DNA of 32,000 nucleotides from Synechocystis sp. PCC 6803 substr. PCC-P. Lineage in GTDB: Bacteria; Cyanobacteriota; Cyanobacteriia; Cyanobacteriales; Microcystaceae. Shown here piece after piece: positions 1 to 8,067 of this stretch (position 1 is the stretch's first letter; each line of letters begins with the position of its first letter). Below the pieces are notes generated by a model that worked only from the letters and a program-made list of their open reading frames with translations, ran no database searches and was not told the DNA's origin. The stretch lies in contig NC_017039.1 in the NCBI RefSeq assembly GCF_000284455.1, forward strand, positions 780,001-812,000. The letters run 5' to 3'. The position numbers were made by a program, and so were the translations under genes.

Positions 1-193
1 CACTACATTACCGGACAAACTTTCCTAGGCGATCGCCTTTTGCCCCGGCCGGACAGCCGTTAAAACCATGCACTCCATGGGTCAAGGTAGAATGGGCCAG
101 GATAAGTAATCCATTGAACTAACGCGATCTTCGTAATTCTCGATAACTTTTTTACCCATCAAACCACCGCCTTGCCCCCTTGCCCCATAAGTC

Positions 194-1549
194 ATGAGTG
201 AAGTTTCTCTGCGTCCCGCCAAAATTAGTACTGTATTGCCGGGGTCCCTGGGGGAAGAAATGGGCTTTGAGCCGGGGGATGCCATTGTGCGTATTAATGG
301 TCAGGCACCGAGAGATTTGATTGATTATCAATTTCTCTGCGCTGACGATTATTTGGAATTGGACGTATTGGACAGTCAGGGAGAATTACATGAACTGGCG
401 GTAGAAAAGGAATTCGATCAGGATTTGGGACTGGGGTTTGAAACGGCCCTATTCGACGGGCTGATCCAGTGCAATAACCGTTGTCCCTTTTGTTTCATCG
501 ACCAACAACCGCCGGGGAAACGGGAGAGTTTGTATTACAAAGATGATGACTATCGCCTGAGTTTTCTCTACGGCAGTTATCTCACTTTGACTAATTTGAG
601 TGCCAAGGAATGGCAACGCATAGAACAGTTAAGGCTTTCTCCCCTCTACGTTTCCATCCATGCCACGGAAGCATCGGTGCGGGAAAGATTGTTAAAAAAT
701 CATCGGGCCGGTCAGATTCTTGACCAGTTGGCTTGGTTCCAAGCTAGAAGATTACAGATCCACGCCCAGGTGGTGGTTTGTCCTGGTGTTAATGATGGTA
801 AGCACTTAGAGCAAACTTTGAGGGACTTAGCCCAGTTTCACCAAGGGGAAACCCCAGCGGTGATTTCAGTGGCGGTGGTGCCGGTGGGTCTAACCCGTTT
901 TCGTCCCCAGGAAGATGAGTTAAGCCCCGTTGGTCAAGCTAAAGCCACGGAGGTAATTGCCCAGGTTCAAGCTTTGCAAAAGGAATTTGCCCAGCAACTA
1001 GGTGGTAACTTTGTTTGGTTGGCCGATGAATGGTTTCTCATTGCCCGTCAACCTTTGCCACCGGAAAGCCATTACGAAGACTATCCCCAAATTGGCAACG
1101 GGGTAGGGTCTATCCGTCAATTCATTAAGGAGTTTCAACAACAAGCTGCGGAATTTCTCCCCCCGGCGATCGCCGAAGCCAAGACGTTGACCTGGGTAGT
1201 GGGCAATGCTGTAGAACAAGCGTTTGAGCTACTGGTGGAACAGTTAAATCAGGTAAAGGGTTTAACAGTTAATTTAGCGCCCTTAAACAGTGACTATTGG
1301 GGTCAGGAAATTACGGTGACGGGACTATTGACGGGGCAGGATTTAATCGCTAAATTGGCAGGCAGAGATTTAGGGGATGGTATTCTATTGCCTGCTCTGA
1401 TGTTGAAACATGATGATACTCGCTTCTTGGATGACCTCCGGGTGGCCGATGTGGCTCAAAAGTTGGGCACAACCATTTACCCTGTGGCTGATGTGGCCAG
1501 TTTGTTGGAACATTGTGTTCAGCCCATGGCTGTCTCCCGCCATTGCTAA
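194..1549 (+). CDS. PDZ-like domain plus radical-SAM/DUF512 FeS protein (cyanobacterial TIGR03279-like oxidoreductase)
   Basis: 451-aa ORF. The N-terminus is PDZ-like (GSLGEEMGFEPGDAIVRINGQ), followed by a Cys cluster CNNRCPFCFIDQ and LSFLYGSYLTLTN. Confidence 0.88.
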   Translation: MSEVSLRPAKISTVLPGSLGEEMGFEPGDAIVRINGQAPRDLIDYQFLCADDYLELDVLDSQGELHELAVEKEFDQDLGLGFETALFDGLIQCNNRCPFCFIDQQPPGKRESLYYKDDDYRLSFLYGSYLTLTNLSAKEWQRIEQLRLSPLYVSIHATEASVRERLLKNHRAGQILDQLAWFQARRLQIHAQVVVCPGVNDGKHLEQTLRDLAQFHQGETPAVISVAVVPVGLTRFRPQEDELSPVGQAKATEVIAQVQALQKEFAQQLGGNFVWLADEWFLIARQPLPPESHYEDYPQIGNGVGSIRQFIKEFQQQAAEFLPPAIAEAKTLTWVVGNAVEQAFELLVEQLNQVKGLTVNLAPLNSDYWGQEITVTGLLTGQDLIAKLAGRDLGDGILLPALMLKHDDTRFLDDLRVADVAQKLGTTIYPVADVASLLEHCVQPMAVSRHC

Positions 1550-1820
1550 AAAACCCCGTTAATTTTTCTTACCCATGGGGAAGTTTGCTGGTTCAATAGG
1601 CCGAGTTGTAGTCGGCAGTCTATCTTGAGAACAATTGTTTTTACATGACAGATAGTGGGCTAAGAATAACTTTGCTCAAACCATTTGGTAAAACTGCTCA
1701 ATGGACGAGCCGATTTTCACCCCGGCTTTAAACGTCATGCACCAATCTCTGATTTACTGGTTTATTCATCTATCAATTCCATAGGCTTTTTGCTTCATCG
1801 CTCCAACTAACTTTTCTGGG

Positions 1821-3266
1821 ATGTCCTCCATGCCCCCCGTGCCTAGCTTACCGTCCACCGATGCCGTTATTCCCCCCGGCAATTTTGTTGAACCTCCCAC
1901 TTCTCCGGTGGTCATTCTCAAGGAGTTGGTGGCTAAGTTGTACCGGGAACAAAATAAAGTGCAGGATCTGTTGGGGGCCATGGGCTACGCCCTGCGGAGT
2001 TTACATAATCTGAATCAGTTTCTGGAATTGACCCCTCTGATGGCCACCAGGGTCACCGATGCCGATGGCAGTGCTTTAGTTCTAATGAGAGAGGGGGAAA
2101 TATCTATCTTTGAACAAATCCATGGCCACAAAAATAGTCTTAAGGGCACCATTAAAGGCGCTTTGCAGAAGGCCCGCCAGGTTAACCTCACATTGGATTC
2201 TTCCACTGTCCTGAGTTATTTTGACCGTCAATTGCGCCAAGAATTACCGGCGATCGCCTGTTATAACACCCCCATTTTGAGTCACCAAGAGGAAGTGGGC
2301 CGCTTATATATCTTTAGTCAAGATCGTAACTATAGCTGGACTCCCACCCGTCGTAAGTTACTACAGCTAATTTCTGATCAAACCGCTGTGGCGATCGCCA
2401 ATAGTGATTTAAACCAAAAGTTGAGATCCAGAGAAAGTCAGGATCGGGAATTGGAAATTGCTTCAGAAATTCAAAATCAACTATTGCCCCGTTGTTGTCC
2501 CCAAATTAATGGTTTGGACATTGCTGCCCAGTGTAAAACCGCCAGTCGGGTAGGTGGGGATTACTACGATTTCATTCCTGCCAACTATGACCAACTGCGC
2601 CAGGGGGATTGGTTATGTCGTAACACAAGCCATTTGGGGGTGCCCTGGAGTATTGTCATCGGCGATGTCATGGGTAAAGGAGTACCGGCGGGTCTAATTA
2701 TGACCATGACTAGGGGGATGCTGCGGGCAGAAGTGCTGAACCGCCATAGTCCAGCCCAAATTCTTAACCACCTCAACCGGGTAATGTATGCCGACCTGGA
2801 AAATTCCCATCGCTTTGTCACCTTGTTTTATTCTGAATATAACCCCGAAACGAGCATACTTTCCTATAGCAACGCCGCCCATAACCCTCCCCTATTGTGG
2901 CGGGCCGGCAGTGACAGCCCCCAATGTTTAATTCCCCTGGATACGGAAGGAGCTTTAATCGGCTTGGAGTCGGATTCCAATTACCGGGATGCCCAGATTC
3001 AGCTTGTTCCCGGGGACGTGGTTCTGTACTATACCGATGGTCTGACCGATGCGGGCAATGCCAAAGGCGATCGATTCGACGACAAAAATCTCCGCATTGC
3101 TTTCCAACGGGCCTGTGAAACCGCCCAAACTGCCCAGGGTATCCTTACGGAAATTTTCACTTCGGTGGAAGCATTTGTGGGCTCAGACAATAGTCATCAA
3201 ACCGATAAAATCCCCGCCCGAGACGATATGACATTGGTCGTTCTGCGGGTAAAATCGACGGAGTGA
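1821..3266 (+). CDS. GAF domain plus PP2C-type (RsbU/SpoIIE-like) serine phosphatase
   Basis: 481-aa ORF. GAF-like N-terminal region; C-terminal motifs EIQNQLLPR, GGDYYDF, VIGDVMGKGVPAGLIM, VLYYTDGLTDA and DDMTLVVLRV are typical of the SpoIIE/PP2C family. Confidence 0.88.
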   Translation: MSSMPPVPSLPSTDAVIPPGNFVEPPTSPVVILKELVAKLYREQNKVQDLLGAMGYALRSLHNLNQFLELTPLMATRVTDADGSALVLMREGEISIFEQIHGHKNSLKGTIKGALQKARQVNLTLDSSTVLSYFDRQLRQELPAIACYNTPILSHQEEVGRLYIFSQDRNYSWTPTRRKLLQLISDQTAVAIANSDLNQKLRSRESQDRELEIASEIQNQLLPRCCPQINGLDIAAQCKTASRVGGDYYDFIPANYDQLRQGDWLCRNTSHLGVPWSIVIGDVMGKGVPAGLIMTMTRGMLRAEVLNRHSPAQILNHLNRVMYADLENSHRFVTLFYSEYNPETSILSYSNAAHNPPLLWRAGSDSPQCLIPLDTEGALIGLESDSNYRDAQIQLVPGDVVLYYTDGLTDAGNAKGDRFDDKNLRIAFQRACETAQTAQGILTEIFTSVEAFVGSDNSHQTDKIPARDDMTLVVLRVKSTE

Positions 3267-3562
3267 GCCTTACTGTTTGGGAGTCAGCGTCTATGTGGCA
3301 GTTTACAGAAGTAATTTCAATCTTTGTACCATCTGACTGGCTGGGACACAGTTATATCCACTGGCAAATGTCTCAAATAATTTCTTTTCCTTGGCTGACG
3401 GACAGTATGGTTTTTGCTCAGAATATCAGTGCGATTAAATCCATTGATATCCTCGCTGACTTCCAAAATGCCTGGAATAATTTTATCCAGTCTGGGCAAA
3501 TTTGGGCTTTGATTATTGGTTTTGTGCTTGGTTGGGGCATACGGGGTTTCACTGGTGGTTAA
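3263..3562 (+). CDS. Small protein with one C-terminal transmembrane segment, function unknown
   Basis: 99-aa ORF with a GTG start overlapping the upstream stop (GTGA). Hydrophobic C-terminus IWALIIGFVLGWGIRGFTGG. Confidence 0.5.
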   Translation: MSLTVWESASMWQFTEVISIFVPSDWLGHSYIHWQMSQIISFPWLTDSMVFAQNISAIKSIDILADFQNAWNNFIQSGQIWALIIGFVLGWGIRGFTGG

Positions 3563-3633
3563 TATTTTTCCCCTCTCAAACTAACTACTCCGCCATCATT
3601 TGCTAACTATCACAACGAAATCCCCCCATCCCA

Positions 3634-5019
3634 ATGACAAAAAAAACCTGGAGCGATCGTTTTGAAGGCACATTGCACCCCGCCATTGCCCTGTTTAATG
3701 CCAGCATTGGTTTTGACATTGAACTAATCGAATATGACCTGGATGGCTCGATCGCCCATGGCAAAATGTTGGCCAAGACGGGCATTATCAGCCCAGGGGA
3801 AGCAGAACAGCTAGTGCAGGGCTTGGAGCAAATTCGCCAGGAATACCGAGCCGGTAATTTCAATCCAGGGGTAGACCAGGAAGACGTTCACTTTGCTGTG
3901 GAACGCCGATTAACAGAATTGGTGGGGGATGTGGGCAAAAAACTCCACACTGCCCGTTCCCGCAATGACCAAGTAGGAACCGATGTTCGTCTTTACCTGC
4001 GTGCCCAAATTGATGACATCCGCCAACGGTTAAGGGATTTTCAAGCAGTGTTGCTCCAACTGGCGGAAACCAATGTGGAAACCTTAATTCCCGGCTACAC
4101 CCACCTACAACGGGCCCAACCGGTCAGTTTGGCTCACCATCTACTGGCCTATTTCCAGATGGCCCAACGGGATTGGCAACGGTTAGGGGAAATTCGAGCT
4201 AGAACTAACGTTTCTCCCCTCGGTTCTGGGGCTTTAGCAGGAACAACTTTTCCCATCGATCGCCATTACAGTGCCGAATTGTTGGGGTTTGCAGGGGTTT
4301 ACGCCAACAGCTTAGATGGGGTGAGCGATCGGGATTTTGCCATTGAATTTCTCAACGCCGCCAGTTTGATCATGGTGCACCTCAGTCGGCTGAGCGAAGA
4401 AATGATCCTCTGGGCTTCCCAGGAATTTAGCTTTATCAGTTTGACCGATAGCTGTGCCACAGGATCAAGCATTATGCCCCAAAAGAAAAATCCAGACGTA
4501 CCAGAGTTAATTCGGGGTAAAGCCGGGCGGGTGATGGGTCATCTGCAAGGAATGCTAGTACTGATGAAAGGTTTGCCCCTGGCCTATAACAAGGATTTGC
4601 AGGAAGACAAGGAAGCCCTGTTTGATGCAGTAAAAACGGTGCAAGTGAGCCTGGAAGCCATGACCATTTTGCTTGATGAAGGTATTGTTTTTCGTCAAGA
4701 ACGGTTAGCGGAGGCGGTGGCGGAAGATTTTTCCAATGCGACGGATGTGGCGGATTACTTGGCGGCTAAGGGAGTCCCCTTCCGGGAAGCTTATAATCTG
4801 GTGGGCAAGGTGGTTAAAACCAGTTTGGCGGCAGGGAAATTGCTCAAGGATTTAACCCTGGCGGAATGGCAAGCGCTCCATCCCGCTTTTGAAGAGGATA
4901 TTTACCAAGCTATTACCCCCCAGCAAGTGGTGGCGGCACGCAATAGTTACGGGGGCACGGGCTTTGAACAGGTGAAAATGGCGATCGCCAATGCCAAAGC
5001 TGAATTAAGCCAGACTTAA
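3634..5019 (+). CDS. argH: Argininosuccinate lyase
   Basis: 461-aa ORF. Signature [20 protein letters not shown], plus [17 protein letters not shown] and [17 protein letters not shown]-like segments. Confidence 0.97.
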   Translation: MTKKTWSDRFEGTLHPAIALFNASIGFDIELIEYDLDGSIAHGKMLAKTGIISPGEAEQLVQGLEQIRQEYRAGNFNPGVDQEDVHFAVERRLTELVGDVGKKLHTARSRNDQVGTDVRLYLRAQIDDIRQRLRDFQAVLLQLAETNVETLIPGYTHLQRAQPVSLAHHLLAYFQMAQRDWQRLGEIRARTNVSPLGSGALAGTTFPIDRHYSAELLGFAGVYANSLDGVSDRDFAIEFLNAASLIMVHLSRLSEEMILWASQEFSFISLTDSCATGSSIMPQKKNPDVPELIRGKAGRVMGHLQGMLVLMKGLPLAYNKDLQEDKEALFDAVKTVQVSLEAMTILLDEGIVFRQERLAEAVAEDFSNATDVADYLAAKGVPFREAYNLVGKVVKTSLAAGKLLKDLTLAEWQALHPAFEEDIYQAITPQQVVAARNSYGGTGFEQVKMAIANAKAELSQT

Positions 5020-5020
5020 A

Positions 5021-5470
5021 TTGGTGTGGAGATATGCCCAGGTTTTCATTAAGTTACTGCTCCGTCGTCCCCTATCAGCAGTGACGGTAATTCCGGTTCT
5101 ATCAGATAGTTCCATAGTCCTAGTCAAACGACGGGATACAGGGCAATGGAGTTTACCAGGGGGGCTGATCGACTGGGGGGAAACAGTGGCAATAACGGCC
5201 GCCCGAGAGTTACAGGAAGAAACTGGTTTACGGTTGATAAAAATAGATCGCCTGCTTGGGGTCTATTCCAGTCCCGACAGAGATCCCCGCATGCACTCCG
5301 TCACCATTTCCCTGGTGGTTAAAGCGCAAGGTGATTTGCTCATTGGCGATCGCCAGGAAATATCCGAAGTAAAAGCTTTTGCGGTGGAAGATTTACCGTT
5401 AGGAGCATTAAGCCATGACCACGATCAACAACTACAGGATTTTTTACGGGGGGAAACAATCATTGCTTGA
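5021..5470 (+). CDS. Nudix (MutT-like) hydrolase
   Basis: Nudix box GLIDWGETVAITAARELQEETGL fits GX5EX7REUXEEXGU. The exact start is uncertain. Confidence 0.85.
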   Translation: MVWRYAQVFIKLLLRRPLSAVTVIPVLSDSSIVLVKRRDTGQWSLPGGLIDWGETVAITAARELQEETGLRLIKIDRLLGVYSSPDRDPRMHSVTISLVVKAQGDLLIGDRQEISEVKAFAVEDLPLGALSHDHDQQLQDFLRGETIIA

Positions 5471-5578
5471 TTCCCTGCATTTCTTATTGAGCAAATATTT
5501 TGTATAAATCAGCTAAGTTTTCGACAAGGTCTTTGATACCCATCCCCTATGTTCAATGGTCGGGGAACTGGTCCAAAT

Positions 5579-5716
5579 TGGCGATCGTCTCTCATCCGAT
5601 TTCCCTAAGTACACCAACTGCTCAATATCTGAAGCTTTAAAATCAGGTTTTTATAAAGTGGCGATCGTTTGCTCAATCTACTTTTGTAAATCCTGTTCAT
5701 AAAGAGTTTTAGCCAT
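5579..5716 (-). pseudogene. Decayed DUF29-family gene fragment
   Basis: Hand translation of the minus strand gives MAKTLYEQDLQK*IEQTIATL*KPDFKASDIEQLVYLGKSDERRSP. This resembles the DUF29 N-terminus (TLYEQDFxxWIEKT...DIxxLIEEL..LGKSEKR) with two in-frame stops. Confidence 0.6.
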
Positions 5717-5819
5717 TATAACTACCTTCTATATCAGGGCAATTCAATCCCAGTTGCTTTAGCATAGCGTTTAGTGTTCCAGTTTTTAGTTCATCACTAG
5801 GATTTCGCACAATGGTCAG
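5709..5819 (-). pseudogene. HicA-like toxin C-terminal remnant
   Basis: Minus-strand translation LTIVRNPSDELKTGTLNAMLKQLGLNCPDIEGSYNG* resembles the HicA tail (elkxGTLrxIlkqaGL). No intact N-terminus was found upstream, and stops follow in frame. Confidence 0.5.
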
Positions 5820-5851
5820 GCGATCGCTTCTACACTGGGATTACGCACAGT
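5795..5851. repeat. Short imperfect direct repeat
   Basis: cactaggatttcgcacaat (5795-5813) versus cactgggattacgcacagt (5833-5851): 16/19 identical by hand alignment, offset 38 bp. Confidence 0.5.
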
Positions 5852-5919
5852 CGCATATTTAACATCAAAGATAATTTAAATGGGCTAAAATAGCAAAATT
5901 ATCAAACATTAGGTAAGCT

Positions 5920-8067
5920 ATGATTGAAGATAATCAGTCCCACAATGAAAATATTAAAGAATATCTTAATTACTATAAAAAATTAGATTCTCCTGGTTTC
6001 GCCATTCTTTTAAAAGGTGAATGGGGATGTGGAAAAACCCATTTTATCAAGAATTATTTTCAATTGGAAGACAAAGAAAATAATGAAAGTTTTAATTTTA
6101 AAAAGAAATATTTTTCATTAAAAAACAATCAGCATAAGGAAAATTCAAAAGCAATATATATTAGTTTGTATGGAATTAAGGATATAGAATCTATTGATAT
6201 TCTCATTATACAAAAACTTATACCCATCTTGGCAGATAGGAAAATTCAATTAACTGGCTCTGTTATAAATATTCTTTTAAAATCTTCATTGAAAATTGAT
6301 TTAAAAGACTTAAAAAATACTAAAATTTTAAATGAGTTTACAAATCTAGATAATAAAATTCTAATCCTTGATGATTTAGAAAGGTGTAAAATTGACATCA
6401 ATGATCTACTTGGTTATATTAATTTTTTTGTTGAGCATCAAGCACTCAAAGTTATTCTTATTGCTGATGAAGATAAAATTGAGGGAAACATAATTCAGTC
6501 TTATGAAACAAAGACATTTGACAAAATCAAAGAAAAGGTTATAGGTAAGAGATTTACTGTCAACACATCCTTTAATAAAGCTTTTGAACAATTTTTAAAC
6601 TTAGTTTGTAAAGATGAACAAGAGAAAACATATTTATCTAAAAAACGAGACTTTATTAAAGAGCTATTTGAAACTAGTGACTCTAATAATTTAAGGACAT
6701 TGAAATCAATAATTTATGATTTTGATCGTATTTATTCTTATTTACCTGAAAAAGCCTTAAATAATATTGATTTTCTTGATGATCTATTAAAGTCTCTGAC
6801 CATTCTATCTATAGAAACTAAACTAGGTAATCTCCCAGAAGACCAGATAAAAATATTAAGCGATATATATGGTGAATATTCTTCAAATATTGCTTCAAAT
6901 TACACAAAAATAAGTGAAAAAGTAAAAGAAAACTATAAATATGAACATTTTTTTACGTTTTGTCATCGATTACAATACAAATATGTTTTCAGTTTTGAAT
7001 ATTTTTTGCCTAATTATTTATGGTGGGGAGAATTTTTTGAACATGGCATAATTGACAAGCAAGCTTTGTATCATACATTCATCAACAGTAAGTATTATGT
7101 TAGTCAAGACTCTGAATTATGGCTTAAGCTTTATCACTATGATCGAATTGAATCCGATGAAATATTTGATGAATTAATAAATATTGCTATTGAGAAAATC
7201 AAAAATAGGGATCAATTTGAACATATTGGAATTTTTCTACATGTCATTTCTCTCTTAATATTTTTCTCTAAAGAAGAGTTAATTTCAGAAGATATAAGTA
7301 TGCTAATTCAAATGGCAAAGGATTATATTCAACATTTTTCAATCACGAATGAAACTCGATTTTGGCAGGAAGTTCTAGAAATATCCAATTTTTCTTCAGA
7401 AACATATTTTGTACAATATAAAGAACTTGCGTTTACTAGTGACAATGACTCATATTTCGAAGAAATCAAGTTAACTATTGCAAGAAAAATGCGTTCTATT
7501 TATAATAATAACTATCTAAAGAAAATTAATCAAATTTTAGATACTAATCCTTTGAATCATTACCCACACATGAATCTTGCCGAATTAATCTATCGAAAAA
7601 ATGACGAAATTGAATATTTTCTCCCTAAAGAAGAGTTTCTAAATAAAATTGACGTCAAAAAATCAACTGATTATTTTTTAAAGATAAGCTCTTTTCAACA
7701 AGGTCATATTCTTTATTCAATTTTTAATTATTTTCAGTTGCTATATCACCATAATGAACACAAATCATGTATTGGCTATGAGGCTTGTTTTATCTGTGAA
7801 TTTTTAATTGTAGTTGAGTATAGAAGCATTGAGGCAATTCAAGAGAACAACAGGTTAAATAATCATAAAATCCAAAAAAATTTAAATAAATATTTAACTG
7901 TTAAAACAACTCAGGCTTTAGGCGCATTTATTGTATATATTATTGATTATTATATTTCTCTTATTAGGCAATACAAGAAATATATTGCTTATTCTCCTGC
8001 TATTGTTAATAAAATAAATAAACTCATAGGAATAATGTTTTTTAATCAAAAACCTGATAGCTTTTAA
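5920..8067 (+). CDS. KAP-family/P-loop NTPase with a long, probably helical C-terminal region
   Basis: 715-aa ORF. Walker A GEWGCGKT (aa 33-40), Walker B ILILDDLERC, followed by LKVILIADEDKI and LRTLKSIIYDFDR. The sequence is very AT-rich compared with its neighbours. Confidence 0.8.
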   Translation: MIEDNQSHNENIKEYLNYYKKLDSPGFAILLKGEWGCGKTHFIKNYFQLEDKENNESFNFKKKYFSLKNNQHKENSKAIYISLYGIKDIESIDILIIQKLIPILADRKIQLTGSVINILLKSSLKIDLKDLKNTKILNEFTNLDNKILILDDLERCKIDINDLLGYINFFVEHQALKVILIADEDKIEGNIIQSYETKTFDKIKEKVIGKRFTVNTSFNKAFEQFLNLVCKDEQEKTYLSKKRDFIKELFETSDSNNLRTLKSIIYDFDRIYSYLPEKALNNIDFLDDLLKSLTILSIETKLGNLPEDQIKILSDIYGEYSSNIASNYTKISEKVKENYKYEHFFTFCHRLQYKYVFSFEYFLPNYLWWGEFFEHGIIDKQALYHTFINSKYYVSQDSELWLKLYHYDRIESDEIFDELINIAIEKIKNRDQFEHIGIFLHVISLLIFFSKEELISEDISMLIQMAKDYIQHFSITNETRFWQEVLEISNFSSETYFVQYKELAFTSDNDSYFEEIKLTIARKMRSIYNNNYLKKINQILDTNPLNHYPHMNLAELIYRKNDEIEYFLPKEEFLNKIDVKKSTDYFLKISSFQQGHILYSIFNYFQLLYHHNEHKSCIGYEACFICEFLIVVEYRSIEAIQENNRLNNHKIQKNLNKYLTVKTTQALGAFIVYIIDYYISLIRQYKKYIAYSPAIVNKINKLIGIMFFNQKPDSF

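Noticed and set aside
5859-5891. Candidate promoter TTAACA ... TAAAAT ahead of the KAP gene
   Set aside because: The gap between the hexamers is about 21 nt, too long for a standard promoter, and AT-rich DNA produces such matches by chance.
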